Assembly (NCBI GenBank): GCA_002269645.1
Contig: NIVC01000426.1
Coordinates: forward strand, 372,001 to 436,000
Reading direction: 5' to 3'
DNA from: Macrostomum lignano
Taxonomy: Eukaryota
Length of the DNA: 64,000 bases
Shown here: positions 1-12,058 of the stretch, in pieces
Numbering within the stretch: the stretch's first letter is position 1
How the letters are laid out: every line of letters begins with the position of its first letter
Notes under the pieces: generated by a model
Told to the model about the DNA's origin: nothing
What the model saw: only the letters and a program-made list of their open reading frames with translations
Databases searched by the model: none
Position numbers and translations under genes: made by a program

Positions 1-3000
1 GCTGGTGGAGGCTCTGACTAGCGTTCGCTTTATCATCTATGTGGTGAGTTCACTTTGGGTTAATTGTAAATAAACCTCACCTTTCTTTTGTGATATGCTC
101 AATAACTATCAGATTCTTCATCTTTGCAGTTAACCTCCCAGTCCCAGATTCTCAGTCACTCGCCACCCTCCCAGATCCTCAATTCCTCTTCCTCATATAA
201 TGTCATAATTGGAGAGTACTGCAATAAGTTAACATAGAGATTCGTTTCGTTTCGACTTTTTCGTTTTTTTCAGTCGCTGGAGCTTCTCACGCTGACAGTT
301 CTATTCTTTCTACTCTACGTTGCTAAGAAAGACAATGTGCTCATCCTACTGCTCATCACCAGCATTGTCGGTGCGTTGTTACTTTTTTCTTCCGCATGAA
401 GAGTCATTATAGAAGCGTCCCAGAGTCGCAGACGATAAAACGCCTCAAAGTGACTCTCAGGTGACTCTTTGACGACTTCTTGGCGACCTGTACCGTTGAC
501 ATGTCGTCGATTTAGAGTCGTCTGGAGTCAGTTCTTTCCTATTTTACCTGTGTTACATCAAACAGCTCTGAAACGAATCTGTGGTGACGCAAGTGACTCA
601 GAGGACGCTTCTTGGCCTAGGTACTGTTTTCATCCGGGTTAAGTAGAGCAGAACCTGAAGTTAAAGAAAGTCAATAACTAAATTCATTAATCAACTCCTT
701 GTGGTATACGATATATTTCAAAACAGCAATATCTTGAATCAGGTCACAAACTCGACTACATTAAACACTAATGTTTCTCTACGAAAACATTGTATAGCAA
801 ATTTATGTAATTTATCTGCAATTTATAGCAGAGGTTGTAGCCTAGTGGTTAGAGCGTCGCACTCACGACTTGAAGGTCGGGGGTTCGATACCCGATCCCA
901 CTGGAACAATTTGTGTCCTCGAGCAAGACACTTAACTCTGCATTGCTTCAGTTCACCCAGCTGTAAAATGGGTGCCAGCATTGGCTGGGGTAATTGAGGG
1001 TGTGCGGGGCGACCCCCCAGTCCTTGGACTGAACAGCTAGCCGTAAGCAGCCTTCAGATGCGCCGCGCAATAGCTGCGGCTGAGCTGTCGGTTGCACATC
1101 TGTCCATTAGAGCAAGTGTAATCAATTATTAATTAATTATTATTTGCACTTTATGCAAATTAGTTATATACCGTATTTCGGACGCATTTCAGCTTCCTTC
1201 ACAGTGATCTGCGCCAAGGCCGTGTCCGGTCTGTTGAATCTTAGCCTCGCCGGCCTGCCGCAATTCGGACATCCTGTACTCTATATCATGACTGCCGTAC
1301 TTGTGGCCACTGCCGTGCTGCAGGTTTAGTGAGTTTTTTGAGTACATGTAGACATCTAGCACTGTTTTTTAGCTATTCTGGCATATTGTAACATGGAATC
1401 TGATAGTGACAATTAGATAATTATGTGCTGTTTTTATACTGTTTTAACTGGCAGCTTTGAATGCTGTTGATTTCCACCCTCCCAGATCCTCAGTTGTTGG
1501 GCCAGCCTCCCAGATCCTGCTGGAATACCCTCCCAGAGTGTCAATTGCTGGGCCAGTCTCCCAGAGTGTCAATTGCTGGGCCAGTCTCCCAGAGTGTCAA
1601 TTGCTGGGCCAGTCTCCCAGAGTGTCAATTGCTGGGCCAGTCTCCCAGAGTGTCAATTGCTGGGCCAGTCTCCCCGAGTGTCAGTTGCTGGGCCAGCCTC
1701 CCAGATCCTCAGTTGCTGGGCCAGCCTCCCAGATCCTCAGTTGCTGGGCCAGCCTCTCAGATCCTCAGTTGCTGGGTCAGCCTCTCAGATCCTCAGTTGC
1801 TGGGCCAGCCTCCCAGATCCTCAGTTGCTGGGTCAGCCTCCCAGATCCTTAGTTGCTGGATCAGCCTCCCAGAGTGTCAGTTGCTGGGCCAGCCTCTCAG
1901 ATCCTCAGTTGCTGGGCCAGCCTCTCAGATCCTCAGTTGCTGGGCCAGCCTCCCAGATCCTCAGTTGCTGGGCCAGCCTCCTAGATCCTCAGTTGCCGGG
2001 CCAGACTCCCAGAGTGTCAGTTGCTGGGCCAGCCTCCCAGATCCTCAGTTGCTGGGCCAGCCTTCCAGATCCTCAGTTGCCGGGCCAGACTCCCAGAGTG
2101 TCAGTTGCTGGACCAGCCTCCCAGATCCTCAGTTGCCGGGCCAGCCTCCCAGATCCTCAGTTGCCGGGCCAGACTCCCAGAGTGTCAGTTGCTGGGCCAG
2201 CCTCCCAGATCCTCAGTTGCCGGGCCAGCCTCCCAGATCCTCAGTTGCTGGGCCAGCCTCCCAGATCCTCAGTTGCTGGGCCAGCCTCCCAGATCCTCAG
2301 TTGCTGGGCCAGCCTCCTAGATCCTCAGTTGCCGGGCCAGACTCCCAGAGTGTCAGTTGCTGGGCCAGCCTCCCAGATCCTCAGTTGCTGGGCCAGCCTT
2401 CCAGATCCTCAGTTGCCGGGCCAGACTCCCAGAGTGTCAGTTGCTGGACCAGCCTCCCAGATCCTCAGTTGCCGGGCCAGACTCCCAGAGTGTCAGTTGC
2501 TGGGCCAGCCTCCCAGATCCTCAGTTGCTGGGCCAGCCTCCCAGATCCTCAGTTGCTGGGTCAGCCTCCCAGATCCTCAGTTGCTGGGCCAGCCTCCCAG
2601 ATCCTGCTGGAATACCCTCCCAGAGTGTCAATTGCTGGGCCAGTCTCCCAGAGTGTCAATTGCTGGGCCAGTCTCCCAGAGTGTCAATTGCTGGGCCAGT
2701 CTCCCCGAATGTCAGTTGCTGGGCCAGCCTCCCAGATCCTCAGTTGCTGGGCCAGCCTCCCAGATCCTCAGTTGCTGGGCCAGCCTCCCAGATCCTCAGT
2801 TGCCGGGCCAGACTCCCAGAGTGTCAGTTGCTGGGCCAGCCTCCCAGATCTTCAGTTGCTGGGCCAGCCTCCCAGATCCTCAGTTGCTGGGTCAGCCTCC
2901 CAGATCCTCAGTTGCTGGGCCAGCCTCCCAGATCCTCAGTTGCCGGGCCAGCCTCTCAGATCCTCAGTTGCTGGGCCAGCCTCCCAGATCCTCAGTTGCC

Positions 3001-6000
3001 GGGCCAGACTCCCAGATCCTCAGTTGCTGGGCCAGCCTCCCAGATCCTCAGTTGCTGGGTCAGCCTCCCAGAGTGTCTGTTGCTGGGCCAGCCTCCCAGA
3101 TCCTCAGTTGCTGGGCCAGCCTCCCAGATCCTCAGTTGCTGGGTCAGCCTCCCAGATCCTTAGTTGCTGGGCCAGCCTCTCAGATCCTCAGTTGCTGGGT
3201 CAGCCTCCCAGATCCTCAGTTGCTGGGCCAGCCTCTCAGATCCTTAGTTGCTGGGCCAGCCTCCCAGATCCTCAGTTGCCGGGCCAGACTCCCAGTTCCT
3301 CAGTTGCTGGGCCAGACTCCCAGATCCTCAGTTGCCGGGCCAGACTCCCAGATCCTCAGTTGCTGGGCCAGCCTCCCAGATCTTCAGTTGCTGGGTCAGC
3401 CTCCCAGATCCTTAGTTGCTGGGTCAGCCTCCCAGATCCTCAGTTGCTGGGCCAGCCTCTCAGATCCTCAGTTGCTGGGTCAGCCTCCCAGATCCTCAGT
3501 TGCTGGGCCAGACTCCCAGATCCTCAGTTGCCGGGCCAGACTCCCAGATCCTCAGTTGCTGGGCCAGCCTCCCAGATCCTCAGTTGCTGGGCCAGCCTCC
3601 CAGATCCTCAGTTGCCGGGCCAGCCTCCCAGATCCTTAGTTGCTGGGTCAGCCTACCAGATCCTCAGTTGCTGGGCCGGCCTCCCAGATCCTCAGTTGCT
3701 GGGCCAGCCTCCCAGATCCTCAGTTGCTGGGCCAGCCTCCCAGATCCTCAGTTGCTGGGCCAGCCTCCCAGATCCTCAGTTGCTGGGCCAGCCTCCCAGA
3801 TCCTCAGTTGCTGGGCCAGCCTCCCAGATCCTCAGTTGCTGGGCCAGCCTCCCAGATCCTCAGTTGCTGGGCCAGCCTCCCAGATCCTCAGTTGCTGGGC
3901 CAGCCTCCCAGATCCTCAGTTGCCGGGCCAGACTCCCAGAGTGTCAGTTGCTGGGCCAGCCTCCCAAATCCTCAGTTGCTGGGCCAGCCTCCCAGATCCT
4001 CAGTTGCTGGGCCAGCCTCCCAGATCCTCAGTTGCTGGGCCAGCCTCCCAGATCCTCAGTTGCTGGGCCAGCCTCCCAGATCCTCAGTTGCTGGGCCAGC
4101 CTCCTATATCCTCAGTTGCCGGGCCAGACTCCCAGAGTGTCAGTTGCTGGGCCAGCCTCCCAGATCCTCAGTTGCTGGGCCAGCCTTCCAGATCCTCAGT
4201 TGCCGGGCCAGACTCCCGGAGTGTCAGTTGCTGGACCAGCCTCCCAGATCCTCAGTTGCCGGGCCAGACTCCCAGAGTGTCAGTTGCTGGGCCAGCCTCC
4301 CAGATCTTCAGTTGCTGGGCCAGCCTCCCAGATCCTCAGTTGCTGGGTCAGCCTCCCAGATCCTCAGTTGCTGGGCCAGCCTCCCAGATCCTCAGTTGCC
4401 GGGCCAGCCTCTCAGATCCTCAGTTGCTGGGCCAGCCTCCCAGATCCTCAGTTGCCGGGCCAGACTCCCAGATCCTCAGTTGCTGGGCCAGCCTCCCAGA
4501 TCCTCAGTTGCTGGGTCAGCCTCCCAGAGTGTCTGTTGCTGGGCCAGCCTCCCAGATCCTCAGTTGCTGGGCCAGCCTCCCAGATCCTCAGTTGCTGGGT
4601 CAGCCTCCCAGAGTGTCTGTTGCTGGGCCAGCCTCCCAGATCCTCAGTTGCTGGGCCAGCCTCCCAGATCCTCAGTTGCTGGGTCAGCCTCCCAGATCCT
4701 TAGTTGCTGGGTCAGCCTCCCAGATCCTCAGTTGCTGGGCCAGCCTCTCAGATCCTCAGTTGCTGGGTCAGCCTCCCAGATCCTCAGTTGCTGGGCCAGC
4801 CTCTCAGATCCTCAGTTGCTGGGCCAGCCTCCCAGATCCTCAGTTGCCGGGCCAGACTCCCAGTTCCTCAGTTGCTGGGCCAGACTCCCAGATCCTCAGT
4901 TGCCGGGCCAGACTCCCAGATCCTCAGTTGCTGGGCCAGCCTCCCAGATCTTCAGTTGCTGGGTCAGCCTCCCAGATCCTTAGTTGCTGGGTCAGCCTCC
5001 CAGATCCTCAGTTGCTGGGCCAGCCTCTCAGATCCTCAGTTGCTGGGTCAGCCTCCCAGATCCTCAGTTGCTGGGCCAGACTCCCAGATCCTCAGTTGCC
5101 GGGCCAGACTCCCAGATCCTCAGTTGCTGGGCCAGCCTCCCAGATCCTCAGTTGCTGGGCCAGCCTCCCAGATCCTCAGTTGCCGGGCCAGCCTCCCAGA
5201 TCCTTAGTTGCTGGGTCAGCCTACCAGATCCTCAGTTGCTGGGCCGGCCTCCCAGATCCTCAGTTGCTGGGCCAGCCTCCCAGATCCTCAGTTGCTGGGC
5301 CAGCCTCCCAGATCCTCAGTTGCTGGGCAGCCTCCCAGATCCTCAGTTGCTGGGCCAGCCTCCCAGATCCTCAGTTGCTGGGCCAGCCTCCCAGATCCTC
5401 AGTTGCTGGGCCAGCCTCCCAGATCCTCAGTTGCTGGGCCAGCCTCCCAGATCCTCAGTTGCTGGGCCAGCCTCCCAGATCCTCAGTTGCTGGGCCAGCC
5501 TCCCAGATCCTCAGTTGCCGGGCCAGACTCCCAGAGTGTCAGTTGCTGGGCCAGCCTCCCAGATCCTCAGTTGCTGGGCCAGCCTCCCAGATCCTCAGTT
5601 GCTGGGCCAGCCTCCCAGATCCTCAGTTGCTGGGCCAGCCTCCCAGATCCTCAGTTGCTGGGCCAGCCTCCCAGATCCTCAGTTGCTGGGCCAGCCTCCT
5701 ATATCCTCAGTTGCCGGGCCAGACTCCCAGAGTGTCAGTTGCTGGGCCAGCCTCCCAGATCCTCAGTTGCTGGGCCAGCCTTCCAGATCCTCAGTTGCCG
5801 GGCCAGACTCCCAGAGTGTCAGTTGCTGGACCAGCCTTCCAGATCCTCAGTTGCCGGGCCAGACTCCCAGAGTGTCAGTTGCTGGACCAGCCTCCCAGAT
5901 CCTCAGTTGCCGGGCCAGACTCCCAGAGTGTCAGTTGCTGGGCCAGCCTCCCAGATCTTCAGTTGCTGGGCCAGCCTCCCAGATCCTCAGTTGCTGGGTC

Positions 6001-9000
6001 AGCCTCCCAGATCCTCAGTTGCTGGGCCAGCCTCCCAGATCCTCAGTTGCCGGGCCAGACTCCCAGATCCTCAGTTGCTGGGCCAGCCTCCCAGATCCTC
6101 AGTTGCTGGGTCAGCCTCCCAGAGTGTCTGTTGCTGGGCCAGCCTCCCAGATCCTCAGTTGCTGGGCCAGCCTCCCAGATCCTCAGTTGCTGGGCCAGCC
6201 TCCCAGAGTGTCAGTTGCTGGGCCAGCCTCCCAGATCCTCAGTTTCCGGGCCAGACTCCCAGATCCTCAGTTGCTGGGCCAGCCTCCCAGATCCTAAGTT
6301 GCTGGGCCAGCCTCCCAGATCCTCAGTTGCTGGGCCAGCCTCTCAGATCCTCAGTTGCTGGGCCAGCCTCCCAGATCCTCAGTTGCCGGGCCAGACTCCC
6401 AGTTCCTCAGTTGCTGGGCCAGACTCCCAGATCCTCAGTTTCCGGGCCAGACTCCCAGATCCTCAGTTGCTGGGCCAGCCTCCCAGATCCTCAGTTGCTG
6501 GGCCAGCCTCCCAGATCCTCAGTTGCCGGGCCAGCCTCCCAGATCCTTAGTTGCTGGGTCAGCCTCCCAGATCCTCAGTTGCTGGGCCAGCCTCCAGATC
6601 CTCAGTTGCTGGGCCAGCCTCCCAGATCCTCAGTTGCTGGGCCAGCCTCCCAGATCCTCAGTTGCTGGGCCAGCCTCCCAGATCCTCAGTTGCTGGGCCA
6701 GCCTCCCAGATCCTTAGTTGCTGGGCCAGCCTCCCAGAGTGTCAGTTGCTGGGCCAGCCTCCCAGAGTGTCTGTTGCTGGGCCAGCCTCCCAGATCCTCA
6801 GTTGCTGGGCCAGCCTCCCAGATCCTCAGTTGCTGGGCCAGCCTCCCAGATCCTGCTGGAATACCCTCCCAGAGTGTCAATTGCTGGGCCAGTCTCCCAG
6901 AGTGTCAATTGCTGGGCCAGTCTCCCAGAGTGTCAATTGCTGGGCCAGTCTCCCCGAGTGTCAGTTGCTGGGCCAGCTTCCCAGATCCTCAGTTGCTGGG
7001 CCAGCCTCCCAGATCCTCAGTTGCTGGGCCAGCCTCCCAGAGTGTCAGTTGCTGGGCCAGCCTCCCAGATCCTCAGTTGCTGGGCCAGCCTTCCAGAGTG
7101 TCAGTTGCTGGGCCAGCCTCCCAGATCCTCAGTTGCCGGGCCAGACTCCCAGAGTGTCAGTTGCTGGGCCAGCCTCCCAGATCCTCAGTTGCTGGGCCAG
7201 CCTCCCAGATCCTCAGTTGCTGGGCCAGCCTCCCAGATCCTCAGTTGCTGGGCCAGCCTCCCAGATCCTCAGTTGCTGGGCCAGCCTCCTAGATCCTCAG
7301 TTGCCGGGCCAGACTCCCAGAGTGTCAGTTGCTGGGCCAGCCTCCCAGATCCTCAGTTGCTGGGCCAGCCTTCCAGATCCTCAGTTGCCGGGCCAGACTC
7401 CCAGAGTGTCAGTTGCTGGACCAGCCTCCCAGATCCTCAGTTGCCGGGCCAGACTCCCAGAGTGTCAGTTGCTGGGCCAGCCTCCCAGATCTTCAGTTGC
7501 TGGGCCAGCCTCCCAGATCCTCAGTTGCTGGGTCAGCCTCCCAGATCCTCAGTTGCTGGGCCAGCCTCCCAGATCCTGCTGGAATACCCTCCCAGAGTGT
7601 CAATTGCTGGGCCAGTCTCCCAGAGTGTCAATTGCTGGGCCAGTCTCCCAGAGTGTCAATTGCTGGGCCAGTCTCCCAGAGTGTCAATTGCTGGGCCAGT
7701 CTCCCCGAATGTCAGTTGCTGGGCCAGCCTCCCAGATCCTCAGTTGCTGGGCCAGCCTCCCAGATCCTCAGTTGCTGGGCCAGCCTCCCAGATCCTCAGT
7801 TGCTGGGCCAGCCTCTCAGATCCTCAGTTGCTGGGCCAGTCTCTCAGATCCTCAGTTGCTGGGTCAGCCTACCAGATCCTCAGTTGCTGGGCCAGCCTCC
7901 CATATCCTCAGTTGCCGGGCCAGACTCCCAGATCCTCAGTTGCTGGGCCAGCCTCCCAGATCCTCAGTTGCTGGGCCAGCCTCCCAGATCCTCAGTTGCT
8001 GGGCCAGCCTCCCAGATCCTCAGTTGGCGGGCCAGCCTCCCAGATCCTCAGTTGCTGGGCCAGCCTCCCAGAGTGTCAGTTGCTGGGCCAGCCTCCCAGA
8101 TCCTCAGTTGCCGGGCCAGCCTCTCAGATCCTCAGTTGCTGGGCCAGCCTCCCAGATCCTCAGTTGCTGGGCCAGACTCCCAGATCCTCAGTTGCTGGGC
8201 CAGCCTCCCAGATCCTCAGTTGCTGGGCCAGCCTCCCAGATCCTCAGTTGCTGGGCCAGCCTCCCAGAGTGTCAGTTGCTGGGCCAGCCTCCCAGATCCT
8301 CAGTTTCCGGGCCAGACTCCCAGATTCTCAGTTGCTGGGCCAGCCTCCCAGATCCTAAGTTGCTGGGCCAGCCTCCCAGATCCTCAGTTGCTGGGCCAGC
8401 CTCTCAGATCCTCAGTTGCTGGGCCAGCCTCCCAGATCCTCAGTTGCCGGGCCAGCCTCCCAGATCCTCAGTTGCTGGGCCAGACTCCCAGATCCTCAGT
8501 TGCCGGGCCAGACTCCCAGATCCTCAGTTGCTGGGCCAGCCTCCCAGATCTTCAGTTGCTGGGTCAGCCTCCCAGATCCTTAGTTGCTGGGTCAGCCTCC
8601 CAGATCCTCAGTTGCTGGGCCAGCCTCTCAGATCCTCAGTTGCTGGGTCAGCCTCCCAGAGTGTCAGTTGCTGGGCCAGACTCCCAGATCCTCAGTTGCC
8701 GGGCCAGACTCCCAGATCCTCAGTTGCTGGGCCAGCCTCCCAGATCCTCAGTTGCTGGGCCAGCCTCCCAGATCCTCAGTTGCTGGGCCAGCCTCCCAGA
8801 TCCTCAGTTGCTGGGCCAGCCTCCCAGATCCTCAGTTGCTGGGCCAGCCTCCCAGATCCTCAGTTGCTGGGCCAGACTCCCAGAGTGTCAGTTGCTGGGC
8901 CAGCCTCCCAGATCCTCAGTTGCTGGGCCAGCCTCCCAGATCCTCAGTTGCCGGGCCAGACTCCCAGAGTGTCAGTTGCTGGGCCAGCCTCCCAGATCCT

Positions 9001-10720
9001 CAGTTGCTGGGCCAGCCTCCCAGATCCTCAGTTGCTGGGCCAGCCTCCCAGATCCTCAGTTGCTGGGCCAGCCTCCCAGATCCTCAGTTGCTGGGCCAGC
9101 CTCCCAGATCCTCAGTTGCCGGGCCAGACTCCCAGAGTGTCAGTTGCTGGGCCAGCCTCCCAGATCCTCAGTTGCTGGGCCAGCCTTCCAGATCCTCAGT
9201 TGCCGGGCCAGACTCCCAGAGTGTCAGTTGCTGGGCCAGCCTCCCAGATCCTCAGTTGCCGGGCCAGACTCCCAGAGTGTCAGTTGCTGGGCCAGCCTCC
9301 CAGATCCTCAGTTGCTGGGCCAGCCTCCCAGATCCTCAGTTGCTGGGTCAGCCTCCTAGATCCTCAGTTGCTGGGTCAGCCTCCCAGAGTGTCAGTTGCA
9401 GGGCCAGCCTTCCAGGTCCCCAGTTGCAGGGCCAACCTCCCAGGTTCCCAGTTCTATAAGCCAACTGCTCACCATTGCAGCTACTTAAACATGGCCATGA
9501 AGGGCAGCGACAGCACGGTTGTTGTACCAACCAATTTTGTGTTCTTCACAATCAGCGCCATCTTGTCAGGTAGGTTTGGCACGCAGCGCTTGTACCTTTA
9601 AAATTGTAGGAGATTTTTGGTACATTAAAAGTGCTCACCATTTATTTTAAGGCATAGTTTTCTTCAACGAATTCTGGGGTCTACACGGTCTGAGCATCTT
9701 CATGTTCCTGCTTGGGTAAGCTATGGCCTGGTAGTAGAATTCACAGTTTGCTCAGTAGAACACCCAGAAACTTCTATTCGTCTCTTTTTCTTTCTCAAAT
9801 TGCTTGCAGCTGTCTTCTGTCCTTTGTTGGCGTCTATTTCATCACTTTGAATCGGGGGAGCCGGTCAAACGATGCGGCCGCCGAGGTCCTGGACGACACT
9901 GTGCCGATTAAGAGTTCCGCGCCGCTTGGCGGGGGCGAAATGCGTCAAGTTCAATTCGACGTTTTCCCCAGTAAGTTGCTAGAAAAGTTTGGGCCAAGGA
10001 CTACTAAAGAGGCTAAGGACTACTAAAGAAACTACTTAAGGACGGGACACTACGTTTCTTAGAAAATGTTTATGAAGCTGGTTTTCGCCGAAAAATACAC
10101 TACGGAGATAGGAAGTTTTCATTTTTTCAGCACAAAAATTGTTATTGCTTTTGATAGCAGGCAGACCCAATGTTCATCTTTTGATATATGGTGCCTTTCT
10201 TAAAGCTTTTTTGATATTCATATTAAAGCTGTTCGCTTAGAAAATTAGGATTCTATATTAATTTTGTATTCTACGTACAATTGTATACATTTCCTGTGCC
10301 TAAAAACCATTAAAATCTAATTTCTAAACGAAAAGCTCCATAAATACAAATAGAGCTATAAGAAAGGCACAACATATCAAAAGATGAATATTGAGTCTGT
10401 TTTAAGTACCTTTATCCATAGTGTCTTTTTTCGGCAAAAACACAGCCTCATAAACAGCAGCCCTAATTCTCATATTGGTCCTAGGTTCGAATCCTATCCT
10501 CTACTATTTGTACTTTTATTGAGTCTAATCACCGCTCAACATCTTCACATTCTCAGCTTGGCTATTCGCGTCAGTGCATCGGGCCGAAGTTCAGCCGAGG
10601 CGCTCGCATCCGCAGTGGACCGGGCCGCCGTGTGCCGAAGGCGACGACAATGATCGGCAGCGGCAGCAGCAACCGGCTGGCGCCAATGAGGAGGACAAGC
10701 AGCAGCTGCTGCCTGATTGA
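1..10720 (+). CDS. NIPAL2: NIPA-like Mg2+ transporter (NIPAL2/NIPAL3-like), 3' part; exons <1..43, 274..370, 1193..1328, 9481..9569, 9652..9715, 9810..9970, 10557..10720
   Basis: All junctions are GT-AG and phase-consistent. Spliced peptide: LVEALTSVRFIIYV/SLELLTLTVLFFLLYVAKKDNVLILLLITSIV/ASFTVICAKAVSGLLNLSLAGLPQFGHPVLYIMTAVLVATAVLQVY/YLNMAMKGSDSTVVVPTNFVFFTISAILSG/IVFFNEFWGLHGLSIFMFLLG/CLLSFVGVYFITLNR... This matches the recalled NIPAL2 pattern (ASLTVISVKAVSGM...FQVKFLNQA...VVPVNHIFFTISAIIAGIIFYQEF). The NIPAL2 vs NIPAL3 assignment is not resolved, and the last exon is less certain. Confidence 0.88.
831..1144 (+). mobile_element. tRNA-derived CORE-type SINE, copy 1
   Basis: tRNA-like head with A box (TAGCCTAGTGGTTAGAGCG) and B box (GGTTCGATACC). 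Central 913..972 GTGTCCTCGAGCAAGACACTTAAC...TCAGTT...CTGTAAAATGGG aligns to the MIR CORE consensus GTGACCTTGGGCAAGTCACTTAAC...TCAGTTT...CTGTAAAATGGG. AT-rich tail. Three more copies are in the window. Confidence 0.8.
1476..9450 (+). repeat. 28-bp satellite array (about 285 units), consensus CAGTTGCTGGGCCAGCCTCCCAGATCCT, inside NIPAL intron 1329..9480
   Basis: Directly visible. The translated period is 28 aa (3 x 28 bp) and identical in all three frames, as expected for a unit length of 1 mod 3. Confidence 0.97.
9995..10455. mobile_element. MITE, degenerate copy of the 18872..19238 family
   Basis: The left end CCAAGGACTACT...AGGACGGGACACTACGTTTCTTAGAAAATGTTTATGAAGCTGGTTTTCGCCGAAAA matches the 18872 copy. 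A partial right TIR (TATCCATAGTGTC...TTCGGCAAAAACACAGCCTCATAAAC) lies near 10413..10455. Confidence 0.7.
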
Positions 10721-12058
10721 GCACTCAACTTCTGATGGTGTTTGCTTTTATAGACTTGAGAATCCATAGGAATTCTGAGATGGTGGCTTTACGATTGAGA
10801 TCTATATGAAGGTTATAAAATGTTTAGCGATCGCCACAGTAAGAGCCGGATCATATCGAACTTAAATTATTATTATATTATTATTATTTGTAATCGTTGT
10901 GCAATTCTATTTTAAAATCTGTGTAAACTTTTTACGTTTAAAATGTCAATATTAAGCTCCAATTCTGTTGTATCTTCCCTTCAGCCTGGGCAGCTTATTA
11001 CTGTGTCAGCTGTAATCTCCCTATTGTCTTCAGGCAAAACATTACAAATAATTATTTTCCCATATAAAGATCAATAATGATTGTTAGACTTGACTATTAA
11101 CCTGCATGACTTAATTTGTTAAGTGCAATATTTCCCTGTTCTGTGTCATTCGATATTGTTTACTATATTATATTGTTACTAATGTCTAGCATTTTGTGTT
11201 TTCTGGCTTATTTGCTATTTATTATACACTCATTTTTATACTACTTTTAGTAGGCTATACGCAGTAATTAGGCCTCATTTCTGTTGCGGTTTGTAACGAA
11301 CTTTTTTGCGTGTTTCTTTCTAAGTCACCTTTTTAACTGCCCTTAGAAGTTTCTGTTGCCTATTTATCTATTTCTCGAGCTCTTATGCTAGACCTTCCCC
11401 TGTGTTTTCAAAGCATTAAGTAGCATAGCTTTACTACGATTTTTTGACAAACATTTTTTAGCAAATAAAAAACTTAAACACAAATATTAAAATGTTTTCT
11501 TCTATAATAAATTATCATGAAGCTGTTATGCTAGATCGAGTTTTTCAAGTCTATTTTTTACGTTAGAATTTAAGTTACAGTTCACCCTGCTATGATAGTG
11601 TAGAGTTATTATTAAAGAGAAAATGCAGAAATTCCTTTCAGTAGCAAAGAAGAATACATAGGCTATTTTATTAAAATAAGGGCTGTTAAAATGACCGATA
11701 AGTTTAGAAGCCCAAGCTTGCAGGCGTAAACAACTTGCTAATTGGTTCAGCAATACGAGCTAATGTACATTAGCCAGTCCACTGAAATGTACATGGCCGC
11801 TTTCGGGTGGAATTCCGAGATAGTCATTAAAAGTTGGGGCGGGGCGGGGGGTAGTGTGGAATGGTGCGTTGGAGGGTTTATGCTGGGGGGGTAACAGCCA
11901 ATAAATGAGCTTTGACTTTAAAATACATTAAAATGCTTCTGTTTAGCATACTACTGAACTGAAAGTAGCTTACACGCAAATGTGCTAAGTGGCCCATCTA
12001 GTTATTCTACTAGTTATGGCCTACTGTTAGTAGCGTAATTTTAATAAAACCTTAAACA

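Noticed and set aside
831-905. tRNA genes at the SINE heads (831, 22225, 33751, 38449)
   Set aside because: No complete acceptor stem or cloverleaf, and each continues into shared SINE sequence.
1457-9601. Very long ORFs (up to 1080 aa) on the + strand
   Set aside because: They are translations of the stop-poor 28-bp satellite, identical in all frames, and lie inside a well-supported NIPAL intron.
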